Source of the DNA: Seison nebaliae | Taxonomy: Eukaryota | Assembly: GCA_023231475.1 (NCBI GenBank) | Contig: JALJEE010002128.1 | Coordinates: 62,001-126,000, forward strand | Reading direction: 5' to 3' | Length of the DNA: 64,000 nucleotides | Shown here: positions 25,155 through 39,216 of the stretch, in pieces | How the letters are laid out: every line of letters starts with the position of its first letter | Numbering within the stretch: the stretch's first letter is position 1 | The notes under the pieces: generated by a model | Database searches by the model: none | What the model was told of the DNA's origin: nothing | What the model saw: only the letters and a program-made list of their open reading frames with translations | Translations under genes and position numbers: made by a program

Positions 25155-27538
25155 TCATTCGAAAATATCGATAATATTAGCTCGACGTTCCAATGAGAAA
25201 TCAAGTGGTAAATTCCATTTGTAGTGAGATAAACGATCGAGATGTGGAAAAATATCGGCGAATGATTGTTGACGAACATAACTCCATTCCGTATAATATT
25301 CTTCAACGAACAAATCGGAATAACGGAATAATAATTTGAAGTAATCTCCAAGACGGTTTTCATTTAATGACTTTGAAACGAATGCTTTGAATGATGATGA
25401 TGCTAAAGTAGAAAAAATGGAATGATAAGTATCGAGAGCATGACGTGGAAATGGTCGTCGACGACGATACAATTGATGGACCGAATCGATTGTTGTTAAT
25501 AAATTCTCTTTAATTGTAATAGGTCTAGATCCTTCGACGGTGATAGTGAATGCTTCCGAGAGTTTTCTTGGTGCCGATTCGATATATGATTTTCCGTTCT
25601 GGAAAAAAATATTTAAAAAAAAAATTTTTTTGTAAAAAAAAAACTTTCTTATCGAAATATTTCAATAATAAACGCCATGCTGTCATTTCTTTTCCATGAA
25701 TCTCAAATGTGGTATTTGAAGAGAAACAACCGAATAATCCAGATTGATTTTTAGAATAATTCTAGAAAAAAAAATTTTAAATAATTTTATAAAATGAATT
25801 AATTAATAATAAAATATAAATAAAAATATAATTTAACTTCATTTATTGATTCAGTTAGTCCATGTTCAACTAAAATTTGGAGTGCTGGAATGAACTCTTT
25901 TCTGACACAATCGATAACCGATTCTGGAGTTCTCTCATTCGCCAAATGAATTCCACTATCGTCTTTCGATTGTTCATTGGAATCGTTTAATAATTTTTCA
26001 TTTTCGTTCGAATTATCTTGATGATCTTGAGATTGTTGCATGATTAATCGACGACGATGATTGGGAATATATTCCACCTTTTCTAATTGATAACTTCGAC
26101 ATAATTGAATGAGACGATCAGTGACGATTTCGAATTCGGCACGAATATCTCCCCAATGATTTTCGGCTAATGGATTCTTAAATTTCATTTCTTTCATATT
26201 TCTTAAAATTCTCTTCTCACGTAATTGATTTTCTTGATCTTTCTTTTGTTGTTTATTCTTTTGAGAGAAATCAACCGTTTTCTTTGTCAAATAACTCATA
26301 AGTAATAATTGTAACATTTGGAAATTAGTTTTTAAATGTAGAAGAGATTTCTTCTTTGATAAATTATTTCTCTTTTGATTTTTGAATTGACGGAAGATAT
26401 CTTCGAATTCATTTTGTGATGATTTCTCATCATGGAATTGATTGTCTGATGATTCATCGATTAAATTAGAGATTAATCGACGAATTCTTTCCTCTGTAAT
26501 TTTTGTGTGATCTGTTTGAGATTGACGTTTCAATTCGTTCCACAAATCATCAATATTATTCGATTTATTATGATGATGATCGTTTGGTAAATCTTCATCA
26601 ACCATCATCTCATCATCCGAATCAAGAAAGACACTATTATTTATAGTGGAATTGTCGATTGATGGTGCAATTGATGATTTTTGTAATTCATCAAATAATT
26701 CTGTTGGAATATTAAATTGAGAGATCTGTTCCAATTCTTCAATGAGCGATTTCTTCTCCATATTGTCATTGTCGATTAAACGTTTAATTCGATATTGAAT
26801 TTCATTGAAATCCTGCACCAATTTCATGATGGATTCAGATAAATGATTTCCTCCACCACTACCATCTTCACTCTCCTCACTCTTATTAGACAATTTCTCG
26901 AATAAAGGATTCTTCCGATATTTCATCGAATGACTATAATCAGCCGGATATGCTGACGTCGATGATTGAATCGGTGCCGATGTTGATAAATCATCAAACG
27001 GTTGTGGAAATGTTTCTCTTTCACCTTTCTGATTTTCTTGAACATAATAAAGCAACGTCTGAGCGTCTAAATCTTTACGAAAAGTGTTGAGATAATCAGG
27101 TTGGACAACGGGTTGAATTGATGATAATGGTAAATTATTTTCTTTCGTCAACTCATCAGGAATCGATTCGTTTGAATTATTCTTCGATAATAAAGGCGTA
27201 TGATATTTGGTGGTTAATTCTGATTTGAAATTTTTCTCTTCCATTTCTTCATCAATTTCATCTTTCTTATATTTTTGTGGTTTGACGAAATCGAACGTCG
27301 TATGATTAATTGATGATATCAAATCTGGTGTCATCGATTTAAACACACGTTGCTCTTGTTGTTGTTGTTGTGGATTATGAGTTAATGGAGATTTATTATT
27401 CGTTCTCAATTGATTGATATCGATTAAATTATTGGGATTTATCGATGAAGTTGAATGAGCATGACGTCGAGTTAAACGATGTCTGTTTTCTAAATCGATT
27501 TTCGATAGAAAATTATTTTCATGAACTTCCTCCAACAT
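25155..27538 (-). CDS. RUNDC1: RUN domain-containing protein 1; 3 coding exons
   Basis: Introns at 25762-25837 and 25599-25644 join ...LVEHGL...AWRLLLKYFDKK|NGKSYIESAPRKLSEAF...FKAFVSKSLNENRL...EYYTEWSYV...LPLDFSLERRANIIDIFE, matching the RUNDC1 C-terminal RUN domain. LSESIMKLVQDFNEIQYRIKRLI matches its N-terminal coiled coil. Confidence 0.85.
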
Positions 27539-28074
27539 CCTACTGTACAAGAAGAATGAATTTCAAAAGAAAAAAAGATGTGCAAATTCTACTGATAATG
27601 TTAATTTACATATCACTTCCTTCTTCATATGGAGCGCGACATATTCAATACATTTATATATTTCTCAGAAAATCAAAGCTAAAGAATTCGTTTCAATTTA
27701 TCTTTTCAACAACGAAACATTTACTAATTCTTCTTTCAGCTTACTCTCTTCGACCTTCGAATAATGAATATTTTTATCCTCCTCTATTTTCATCTATCCT
27801 TCTATATATAGATATATTTATCTGAAAACTATTCCTTTCAAATTTAAAACATTATTTTCATTTTCATAAGGATCTATTAATAAATTTTTATAAGGTATTA
27901 AATATTCAATTTCCCCCTCACAAAATTTCAAATTTGAACTTAAAATCATTAACACGAATGACGACTTGAGAAAAAGGAGTGAATATACATTAATGGTATA
28001 GAATATATATTAAGAATTCTTTATTGATATCAAACAAAAGTTAATAAAATTTTATGGTCATTAAACTCAAAATT

Positions 28075-30527
28075 TTACACAAGATTCGCATAACTATTCC
28101 CGAATTTTCCCATATATTCCGACCACATCTGCTTCTCACTACTTAAGAATTCCGGACAAAATTTCTGAGATTTACATTTGATTTCAACTCGAATTCTATA
28201 AAATTTGATAATAATATAAACAAAGTAACACAAAGTGAGAGTAACTTGTAGAAGGTGAGTGAACCCATTTGACGGTTATATGGTGAGCGTAATGGAATGT
28301 TGGATGAATGAAATAGTTTATGAATTTCTTCTTTGCTCATTCCTCGATTTGTTAAACAGATTTGCGTGATTTTATGCATAAATGCATCATGATCAAAATT
28401 TTCGAATTCGTCATTCATTTTATTGGATAATCGTAAAAGACTTTCTTTTTTTTTATATTGTTCAATACAGTTCAAATCAGTTTCCGTCATCAATTGTACG
28501 GATGACGGATAGAACCAATAAGTGGCAAATAAGACATCGACAAATCTCGAATTAGACTTATTAGCTACAATCGTTCCGGTGGAAATGATACGTTGCACTC
28601 CACCATCATCATGGTTTCCAACATGACGTTTTTTCCTGTTCTGATAAAGCAGATCGTCTTCCTCCGAATAAAGTTGTTGAAGATCAGTCATCGTCCATCT
28701 ATTCTCAATGAATTTATTGTACGATTCCTGGAATTGGGGAAAGCGTTTCAGGAATTTTTTAGTTGCCTTTTCCGAATCCATCACAATCGAATGTTCACGT
28801 TTAACATTTTTGGATGAATCATAAATTGCATAATTTTTTGACATATAATTATTTCTTAACAGATAACGAGAGAAACCGGTAGAATTGAATCGATTTCTAC
28901 AAAAATCTGTACGAATCGCTTCATGAGTTGTCACATTTCCGATAACGGAAAATTTTTTATTCGATTCATTGTCGATTTGACAATCCAGTTGCCAGAAAAG
29001 AAAGAAATCTGAACGTTTTCCATTCATTTGACTAGTGATGGTTAATGGTGACGATTGAGCACCAAGATGATCGATTAATAAATTTTTTATTAATTTCCCA
29101 CTTTTCCCATCAATAACATCTGTGACAGATGATGAATAGAATGGATAACCTGAACCGATTTGATTATGAACAAGAATTGATAATTCTCCATTTTTCCAAT
29201 ATCCGATAGATGGTGTAGAATAACTTTCTGCCGATTTCTTCTCATATTTCCATAAAATTTTACGAACATTCTTCTCACCATCTAATGCCACAGTAGTTCC
29301 GTTAAAAGTGGTAAAAATGATATCATTATAACCATCACCATTAATGTCGACGATGATTGGTGGGGTCATTATTCCTTTTTTATTATCAGACCATAATTCG
29401 ACGGCATTCTCCACTAAATCAGTTTCACTTTCAAAACGATTTGATTGGAACCAGATTGATAACGGAATTATCCAAAGAGCACCACCATGAGTTTCACCAC
29501 CCGTTCCAATTAACAAATAATCGTCTGCAGTACCAAAAAATTGTTTGGAATTTGTAATTTTTGAAAATTTTGAATAAATTACTGGGGAATAATAACTTTC
29601 TTTCGCAACTGGACCTGGTACGAATTTTGATGAAATTATTTCACCAGTTCTCCCACTAAATATCAGAATGATCCCACGTCGTTTCTCTTTTTGGTCGGGA
29701 TGTCTGATCGGATCACCACCATGAATTTGCACTATATCTGGTACTTCGTCATTATCGATATCGATGATATATTGAGGAGTATACAAATTCATAATATGAT
29801 CTCGTTTAGATGAATCGAAGAACCAGATCTTCTTTCCATTTCTTCCACTAATCGCTTCGAATGTTCCACCTCTACCAGCCGCTAAACAATCTTTTATTTC
29901 ATCGCCATCTAAATCAACTTGACAATTCAATGAGTAAATTTCGTGCGAATGTGAATATTTCTTCCACAAAATCTCACCAGTCTGCCCATTGATTGCTAAG
30001 ATTCCTCCCCCACAATTCAGTCTTTTATCTTCAGTTTTCTCATCGATTTGTTGTTGAACGATCTCCGGGAAATAAATTAAACATTCGATTTGTAAAGAGA
30101 CTAGAGCATCTAAATTCGTTCCAAAACCAATAATATAATCTTCCACTCCATCGTCGTTAACATCAACTAATCTAATTGCTGATTCGGTACTTATTCCAGG
30201 AATAGTTTTACTGTACAAAATTTCATGACGAATATGAAATTTGTCGATCGGATCATTCAATCGAAAATGAAGGAATTGTATAAAGTAGATGAAGCAAACT
30301 AGTACAACTATTGATAGAAGAATTATTAATAAAAATTGGAGATATCTCGACGATAATTTATGTCCTTTCCGTATTATGGTTTCGGGATTTAATGCTGAAA
30401 TTGAACGAAATGCATCAACTGCTATTTCGGCATTATCGTCTTCATCTTTGTTGGAATTGGATGGAAATAGAAAAATGACATCTTCTTCTGAATCGGCTGA
30501 TAAGTTTCTGTATTTTACAGTTTTCAT
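28075..30527 (-). CDS. FAM234: FAM234-like type II membrane beta-propeller protein (FG-GAP/PQQ-like repeats); 2 exons
   Basis: One N-terminal TM helix, repeated DxxxDxxxD motifs (DVNDDGVED, DLDGDEIKD, DIDNDEVPD, DINGDGYND) and AINGQTGEILW-type repeats. A 50-nt intron (28196-28245) replaces the ORF-track tail with KIRVEIKC...QMWSEYMGKFGNSYANLV*. Confidence 0.75.
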
Positions 30528-31305
30528 CTTTTTTTTTCAATTTCTCATCATTTCACATTTCACATCAGTTTTTTTTTGACGAATTAGAAATATCGATTTT
30601 TATTTCTAGAATTTTTTTAGAAATATAGTTAAAATTATATTTCCGTAATTGCCAATTCGTCTAATCTGATATGACATAATATTGAACAATTGACATTCAG
30701 AGATAACGGTTAATTTCCATATTTCCCATCTTTCACATCGGTAACGGATTATAAGAAAAAAGCTTCAAGTGATAATAATACATTTGAATTTTATTCATAG
30801 GAAATTGTTTCATGTGAATTCTACCAACTGTAATAGGAAAACTTAAGTGGATTTTGAAACACATTGAACATAATTTGAACTAAATGAGTTTTTTATTATT
30901 ATTTTATAATCACAAAAATTAACATTAATTACAAAACATTAATCGATATATTATATTAGGTTAATAGTTCTTAAGTTCTTTTTCAACATGAAACAATCGA
31001 TTGATTCTGTTGATGACCAATTAGAAATGGATAAATTTAAATAAATTTATGTTAATTTTCTTTAATTTTTCAATTATTGAATAATTTAATAAAAATTGTT
31101 GAAGAAGAATTAAAAAGTTTTATTTCATTAAAAACGGTTAATGAATTATTCGAATAATTAAATTAAATAATGATGAATATGGAGAGAAGATGAAAGACAT
31201 TGAAAACGAATTAAATTAATTTGACGAAATATATTGAAAAGAAAAATTAGTCAATTTGAGCAAATACTAACTAATTAATTGTAAGTTGATTGAAAATAAT
31301 ACTAA

Positions 31306-34300
31306 TTATTGTTCGTCTTTCAGACCAGCTAATAATTGATCGCATGTCTTCTTAGCGTCACCAAGTAACATTGAAGAATTTGATTTGAAAAATAATGGAT
31401 TATCCACAGCTGCATAACCGACACCCAGTGTCCGTTTCATGACTATGACTTGTTTCGAATTCCACACTCTTAAGACAGGCATTCCTGCGATTATGGAATT
31501 GGGATCATCTTCAGCTGCCGAATTCACAGTGTCATTCGCACCGATAACTAACACTAGATCTGTTTCTTGGAAATCATCATTAATTTCTTCCATTTCTTCC
31601 ACCTGATCGTATGGAACACCAGCTTCAGCTAACAACACGTTCAATTGCCCAGGCATTCTACCAGCTACTGGATGAATTCCAAATCGCACTTTCTTTCCTT
31701 GTTTACCCAAAATGGAAACCATTTCAGCTAACGGATATTGAGCTTTAGCAACAGCTAAACCATAACCAGGAACAATGATAATCGAATTAGCATTTTGCAT
31801 CAAGTCCACCGTGTCCCTAATACTCACTTCCGTATGAGAACCTTCAATTGCTTTCGGTTTTCCACCACCAGTAGAATCAGTACCAAAACCACCAAGAATA
31901 ACATTTGGTAATGATCGATTCATAGCTCGACACATAATGTAGGAGAGAATAGCACCCGAACTACCAATTAGAGCACCGACGACTGTCATCAACGAATTGT
32001 TCAACATGAAACCTTCGGCGCATAACGCCCAACCAGAATATGAATTTAAGACGGTGATAACCACTGGCATATCTGCTCCACCAATTGCTGCTGTTAATGT
32101 AACTCCCATAATTGATGACAAACTGGCGGTACCACCTAACATCCAGAGACCAGTCAATAAATCGGAAGTAGAAGAATAAATACTTAAAGCGGCAACATTT
32201 CCCAATAATAAAGCTGAATTGATTAGATGTCGTCCAGGCAAGAGAAGTGGATTCGATTTCAATACTCCTTGTAATTTCCCATAAGCAATGAGACTACCAC
32301 TAAATGTAATACCACCAATGAATGATCCCAAAAATAAAGAGGTTCGAATAACATCATCATTAATATCGAAATCACTTCCTAAATAATGACCGATACATGT
32401 CAAGACGGCTGCGGCACCAACAAACGAATGAAAAGCAGCAACCAATTGAGGAAGATCAGTTATCGGAATTTTCTTTGCTATCGTTGAACCAACAATACCA
32501 CCAACACCCAATGTTCCAATGATTTGTGCTAATAAAGCTGGAGATGGTTGCATTATTCCAATTGTGGCGGCTAAACCCGTTGATACTCCAATTATACCCA
32601 AACTATTACCCAAACGAGCTGATGGTTGGCTAGATAGACCACCAAGTGCTCCCACACAACACAATGATGCTGCAAGATAAGCAGCGCTATGAATTTCATC
32701 ATATCCCAAATAATGTCCCATACCATAAGTGGCTAATGTTGAAGCGGCAGCGATTGCATAAAGTGAATTATATTCGGGTGGATCAGTTGATCTTTTAAAC
32801 ATATCTAACATTCTTTGTGTTATGACGAAACCACCACCGATATTAACTGCTGAAAGAAATGTGGCCAATGCAGCCATCGATTGTGCGGTAGTTGATGGAT
32901 ACATTTCACCTCCCATTATTAACATGCCACCAACAGCCGTAATTCCACTGATTGCATTAGTCACCGACATGAGAGGAGAATGTAGAGCGGGAGTCACATT
33001 CCATACAGTATGGTAACCAATGATACCAGATAAAACAAACGTCGATGTCATGGTAGTAAATTGGACGTGCGGAGAAATGATGCCCGTACCAACAATCGAC
33101 GACAGACCAACCGCATATAATGAAGCTTTTTTCAAATACTCTTGAAAATAATTCGGCTCGGTTTTTATTATCTCCGACTCAACTTCTTTTGGTGGTGTTG
33201 TGAGAGGTGTCAGTGTTTTTGATTTTATTGGAGCCGGCCATAATAATTCACCGTTATGTGTAACAGTAGCACCTCGAACAACTTCATCGTTCAGATCCAC
33301 AAAGAATTCGTCTTTCGAATTCATCGATTTTATCAAATTCACCACATTATTCGCAAACAAAGTTGACGATTGGGCTGGAAGTTGACTCGGTAAGTCAGTC
33401 GAACCGATATGTGTAATATTTGTCTTGACGTCAGTATAAATTTTACCTGGAATTGTCGATTCTATATTACCACCCGTCTCAGCCGCTAAGTCAACTGTAA
33501 CCGATCCCGGTTTCATTAAAGAAATCATTTCTTCGCTAAATAGAACTGGTGCTGTCTTTCCTGGAATTAAAGCGGTTGTAATTAGAATATCAATTTCTTT
33601 ACATTGTTTCCTAAACAAGTCCATTTCTGCATCGATAAAAGCTTGAGACATTTCTTTTGAATAACCACTACCATCTTCTCCTTCTTCCTTGATGTTAACT
33701 GTCAGGAATTGTGCTCCCATACTCTCCACTTGTTCCTTCACTGCCGCTCTCGTATCAAATGCCCTTACAATTGCTCCCATATTTTTAGCGGTCTGAATCG
33801 ATGCCAAACCAGCCACACCTCCTCCCACCACAAGAACTTTTGCTGGTGGAGTTTTTCCAGCTGCAGTCATTTGTCCAGAAAAGAACCGACCGAAATGATT
33901 AGCTGCTAATACAACTGATTTATATCCCGAAATATTCGCCATTGAACTCAATACATCGAACGATTGTGCACGACTGATACGAGGTATGCAATCTAGTGCA
34001 ATTGATGTAACATCATTGTTTATTAGAGCATCAACTATCTCTTGATTACGAGCAGGATATAACAGACTAAACAATACGGATGATGGTGAGAACGAAGAAA
34101 CCTCCTTCAATCGAGGTGGTTGCACCTTTATCAAAATATTCGAGTCTTTCACATCATCTCTGATTGACCCACCAGCTAGTTCGTACTCTTCGTTCGAGAA
34201 CTCGGCTAGCAATCCTGCATTCTCCTCAATTGCTACCTTGTAACCAATCTTACTCAACGTTGCAACTGCAGTTGGTGTTAAGGCAACTCGTTGTTCATTT

Positions 34301-34401
34301 ACCGATTGCTCTTTAGGGACGCCAATAGTGACTTTATCGATGCGTCGAGCTAATCGAGTCACATTCAATTTGTTCGCGAAAAATTTGGAGAATCGAAACA
34401 T
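31306..34401 (-). CDS. NNT: Mitochondrial NAD(P) transhydrogenase, single chain dI-dII-dIII, intronless
   Basis: Motifs [65 protein letters not shown] and IGANDTVN. Basic amphipathic presequence from ATG 34401 (MFRFSKFF...). Confidence 0.97.
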   Translation of the reverse strand: MFRFSKFFANKLNVTRLARRIDKVTIGVPKEQSVNEQRVALTPTAVATLSKIGYKVAIEENAGLLAEFSNEEYELAGGSIRDDVKDSNILIKVQPPRLKEVSSFSPSSVLFSLLYPARNQEIVDALINNDVTSIALDCIPRISRAQSFDVLSSMANISGYKSVVLAANHFGRFFSGQMTAAGKTPPAKVLVVGGGVAGLASIQTAKNMGAIVRAFDTRAAVKEQVESMGAQFLTVNIKEEGEDGSGYSKEMSQAFIDAEMDLFRKQCKEIDILITTALIPGKTAPVLFSEEMISLMKPGSVTVDLAAETGGNIESTIPGKIYTDVKTNITHIGSTDLPSQLPAQSSTLFANNVVNLIKSMNSKDEFFVDLNDEVVRGATVTHNGELLWPAPIKSKTLTPLTTPPKEVESEIIKTEPNYFQEYLKKASLYAVGLSSIVGTGIISPHVQFTTMTSTFVLSGIIGYHTVWNVTPALHSPLMSVTNAISGITAVGGMLIMGGEMYPSTTAQSMAALATFLSAVNIGGGFVITQRMLDMFKRSTDPPEYNSLYAIAAASTLATYGMGHYLGYDEIHSAAYLAASLCCVGALGGLSSQPSARLGNSLGIIGVSTGLAATIGIMQPSPALLAQIIGTLGVGGIVGSTIAKKIPITDLPQLVAAFHSFVGAAAVLTCIGHYLGSDFDINDDVIRTSLFLGSFIGGITFSGSLIAYGKLQGVLKSNPLLLPGRHLINSALLLGNVAALSIYSSTSDLLTGLWMLGGTASLSSIMGVTLTAAIGGADMPVVITVLNSYSGWALCAEGFMLNNSLMTVVGALIGSSGAILSYIMCRAMNRSLPNVILGGFGTDSTGGGKPKAIEGSHTEVSIRDTVDLMQNANSIIIVPGYGLAVAKAQYPLAEMVSILGKQGKKVRFGIHPVAGRMPGQLNVLLAEAGVPYDQVEEMEEINDDFQETDLVLVIGANDTVNSAAEDDPNSIIAGMPVLRVWNSKQVIVMKRTLGVGYAAVDNPLFFKSNSSMLLGDAKKTCDQLLAGLKDEQ

Positions 34402-35554
34402 TTTACTTCTCAATCGAAATTGAATATAAGATGAGCAAGTAACAATTGTGGCAGCTTGTTGATAATAAACAAAGTTGAGAAGACTTTGGTAATTTATGGA
34501 AATAGAAAGCGCAAAAATTTTATTGAATTTATCAACTACTGTCTTCTAAATGAATAGCTTCCGACCAAAATTGAACTGTCAACGAAATTCATTTTCTTTC
34601 TCAATCCGTTTATCTACCAAATGGACTTCCAAATGTGACTGAAGTACAACACATAGTCGTAGTAGTACAACTAAAATTTAAAATTTGTTAGAGAATTATT
34701 ATTGATGAATTGAGGGTACATCTCTCCACTTCACTCAATTCTCTCTCTCTTTCTCTCTCTCTCTCTTTCTCCTTCTCTATAACGTGCAAAGATAATCAAT
34801 TTCCCACAAAAGAAACTGAAGAAAAAATTGTTATTCTACAAATGTTTTATTACTTATCACCCATTTATCGTTAGGGATGCATGCGAAACAATTTAACGGA
34901 GAAATCAAAAATTTTTCTTCAAAAATACATTTTCCTAAATTAAAAACACATTCTCTCCCATTCTTTTCTTGGGTCGTTATCAACTTTCTTGTCGTCGATT
35001 CCAACAATTCCATTAATCTTTTATTCCGATTATTTATGGTCTCCCATATCAATTAGTTTTCATTAATTATTGTTTAATAATCGAAAGTTCTGAAAAGTTC
35101 CACGAAAGAATTATGGAGAAACTTTCGATAATTTCAATTTAAACTTAAATTAAAATTTGAAGGAATTTATGTAACATTATCGATTTACATTTGTTAATTA
35201 AATTATTGGATGTTTGGAGGAAAATATTTGGATTTGCCTCCTACATCATTTGCTGGAGTCATCAATCGGATTACACCGAGTATTTGTGAGTTTTAAGTAG
35301 TTAATAATTATCTTTTATTAGTAAATTGATTTTTTTCCAAGTCATATTAGGAGAAAACAGAGACTTTTCCTTTAGTCGTCGCAACACTTGAAAATGTGAA
35401 AAGAAACCTTATTTACTTCGATATTCCACGATTTGTATATACTGGAGATGTAGCTTTCCGTCATCAAACTCGATGAGAAATAAATAGAAAACTAATGAAC
35501 GAAAAATTACGATGACGATGAACTAAAGGAAACGTTGTTTGAACACTGAATACG

Positions 35555-35612
35555 ATCGATTTATTTATTTATCGATTATTATATTATTGATTTATTTAGT
35601 TATCGATTTATT
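35555..35612. promoter_or_regulatory. Four tandem ATYGATT motifs (CUT/ONECUT-type sites), ~16-bp period
   Basis: atcgatt 35555, atcgatt 35571, attgatt 35586, atcgatt 35602. Confidence 0.45.
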
Positions 35613-38600
35613 TTAACGTTCAAGTATAATCGTCATCAACCATTCATTTTTCTTATTTGGCATAATTCTCAATTCAATTCTTATTTAGTGAAATACCTAC
35701 CATTCTTACATTTTCTTATCCTTATCACATTCTCACCTCTTGTCATGTCAATCCTGTCTTCACAAACGGAATATCATCGATTTCAACTGATAATCATTAT
35801 TAATGAATCATTATAACTGTCTGATAATTCAGAATTATTGATCATGAATTATAATCTTCCGTTTAGTACGAGTTCTTTTCCCCCAACTTCATTCTTTCGC
35901 GCATAGCAACATTGTGTATATAAAAGTGAGGAATATTTATGAATGTTTATCGGTTTGGTGTCTAATGACTGTTGATAAATTCATATAATGATTTCATAAC
36001 AATCTTCGACATACTTTCTTCCGTAATCTTAATATGTAGTTCTGTTTGAAAGGAATATCTGAAATTCAATCCATCTTCATTGTCAAATGAGATAATGATA
36101 TTTGTTTGTCATATTTATGTAATAATCGAATCGAAAATAAGAAATATCGAAAAATATCAAAACATATTCTTTATGATTAAATTATACATCAAACTAATTT
36201 GATTTATGATATGTCGATGAAAATCGATTATTTCGATCATTACACTTAACGAATGGGAAATTATTAAAGTGACAATTTCATTCGTATAGACAAACCATTT
36301 TGTGGTTCAAATCGGTGAAATATAAGTTATATTATATAACTGAATAGATGGATGTGAGAATGACCGTCAAATTTTTTCAGTCGTCATCGTCGTCGAAATC
36401 AGTTGTTGGAACTGAATAATGCTGTCTGGAAATTATGAGGGAAATATAGTCAATGGAGCATACATCCGCTGACAACAGATGAATTGGGTGTCAGTTTAGG
36501 AAATAACTAATGAAAAAATAAGAGTATTAATCGAATTATTATATTTGACGATTTTCAATTTCAAATGTAAAATATTCATATTCATGCAGATATGTGTATG
36601 ATATCGTGAGTATGATATAGAGAGGACGTGATATAGAGAAATTATCAAGATAGTAGCCAATTGCATACTTTTCCGGTTTCGACGGTATTATCTCTTCTAT
36701 ATTTCTCATTTAATGAAAAATTCGCAAGCGAATTCACCGACACACAAAGACACATACACACACACAGACACACGTCAATCGAAGACAAAATGTTATTTAC
36801 AGAGATAAATTTCGGTCTTCCGTACGCGATTGTCATCATCATAAGGTAATGGAAGTTATCGAAGTTGAAAGAGATATATTATAGCATGAAATTTATTTTT
36901 TTTCCGTTCAAAGAAGAAATGCACATATCTATGGCAATTGAGGATGACATACGTCGTTCTTCTTCAAACAGACTGACCGAATGTCGATGCTTTAAATGTC
37001 AATGATCGTCATAGAGTGGAAGTGAGAGAAAATATACTTATGTTTGTAAAATATGAATATATCAGATGTATAATTGGTATTTTATGCACACCAACTAAAT
37101 AGAAGAGTACATGTGCAAATAAACCATCTTTTATTTGATCCAGATGTGTATAATTCGCCGAAATTCTCCCTCAAAATATTTTCCAGATGTAATTGTTATA
37201 AATGTAGGTATTCTCCTTTTTTCTATCTCTATTCTGGTGTTAAAAATGTAAATTCAGTTTTCTTTCCATTTTGAGATTTTCTGAGTTATTAGAATTTTGT
37301 TTATTCTTTTTTAATTTCTCCTTTTGAAGAATGTTAACGAATTTTAAGGTTTTTTTTGGATTTTCCATATTCTTCAAATTTAAACTTACCCTTTTAGGCC
37401 GTTTTGGGTTTTAAGATATAATTTAAAATTTAAGGTTCTAACGTTTTTTTCAAATTTTACATTTCTGTCAATTTTTTCAGTTTTATTATTTTATAATGAT
37501 TTTATTATGAAACAAAAATTGGAACTACAGAATGTTCTACACTGTTAAATGAATCTTCTACCTGACTGACATCTGAAAAAGAATTTTAGATGATGGATGT
37601 TCTCCTGTCGTTAGAATTACAGGGAATATACAGAATGTATTTGGATTTAATGTCAGTTAGAATTGTAAAGTTGAAATTTAGTACGTACTAAGCTGTTATA
37701 GTAGTAGTAATAGTTATAGTACTACGCTCATTCACATTAAGGACAATATGACTATCCTTAAAATTTGTATTGAGGATATGATAATGAAATTTATTTTTTA
37801 TTCTATTTCGGATAAGACATATCAATTGGGAATATGTATATTTTGATTTAATATATGGACGTATGGGGAACATACATCGTATATGAGAGGAGTGGAAATG
37901 CTTATAGTATAGTTCGTATGTGAAGTGACTGTGGTGTAAGTGTAGGTGGTAGTGAGGGTTCTATATGTAGAAAGGTTAATGATAAGAATAATGATAAGGA
38001 GAAAGAATTAGATATTTAATGATGCAGATGGATGTGAGGGGTGAGGGGAAATGTAGAGGGGAGGAAGAATAGAGAAAATGACGAAAATGGATGAAGATGA
38101 TGTGATAGACAATATGTATGTACGGAATTACATTTCGTTATTTTTCTGCGCGCTTATTTCATTCCTTCATTCGAATCAATTCCCTCCAGTTTCTTCAGAT
38201 GTCTATATGAATTACGAATTACGGAAGATGCCATTGGCATTAAAAAATGGAAAGCAGATGCATGATGTACATATGCTTCATTATATTATTCTCTATTCGT
38301 AAATGATGCATATTCGGAGAAGTTGTTGGGAATGGAGAGTTGAGTTCTCCCTCTCTACTTCAGGAATGATCGTTCATATCTCAGGATTGATAGAGAATGA
38401 GAATTTCGGTTCTTCTTTTTCTTTTCTTTCTTTCCAACGACAATTTCCACGATAATAGCAGCAACACAAGAATAGGAATGATAATATGATGATGAAGGAA
38501 AATAAGTTAAATTATCAAACAAATTCTCCTTGCAAATACACATTCATCCACAACGACATTCGACGCCAACGAACAAAATCATCTTCCATTATAATGAGAA

Positions 38601-39188
38601 TTTCCTTTCTTTCTTTGCACGATTTCTTGTCATTATTTACTAGTATCGCTTGAGAAAGAAGTATCTATTCCTTCTCAATTCCAAATTAACATTAGCGACA
38701 GGACATATCTCCTCCTATTTTTCTCCAAGAACCATTATTTATTAATACCAACAACAAGAACAACAACAATGAAGGAATTGATGTATATAACTGAATATAA
38801 TCTTCTAATTTTTTCTCCTTCCTCTCTCGCTTTCATTTACCCTTCGACAATCGCCGAGAATAGAAAGAAAAGTTAGTTTGAAGAAAAAAATATTTTTTGG
38901 GATGAATCCTACGACGTCGCCAAAGACACATAAACTAGTCATCCGGATCTTCTCATAACAATTCCTTCTCTGAAGAATAAGTCAAATAAAATAATAATTC
39001 CATTTTCTTTCTCATAAAAATTCTACACTTGAATAATGAGAAGAAGAATTGGAGAAAATATAAAGACTACTAGTACTACTTCGTTTTCCTGTTGAACATT
39101 GACGGAAAAAGAAAAAATAATGCGAATGATTGTTTCTCAATCATTTGACGTTTCCTCTGTTTATTATTCTTTGACAATTCTCCCTACT

Positions 39189-39216
39189 ACACACACACAC
39201 ACACGCACACACACAC
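39189..39216. repeat. (AC)n microsatellite
   Basis: Direct reading, with one interruption. Confidence 0.9.

Noticed and set aside
28143..28245. Apparent C-terminal TM helix of the FAM234-like ORF
   Set aside because: It is read-through of a 50-nt intron; splicing restores a W..YMG..G..Y terminus.
31306..34401. Horizontal transfer of NNT from bacteria
   Set aside because: Fused animal-type domain order, a mitochondrial presequence and a C-terminus close to animal NNT. Bacteria have split pntA/pntB genes.
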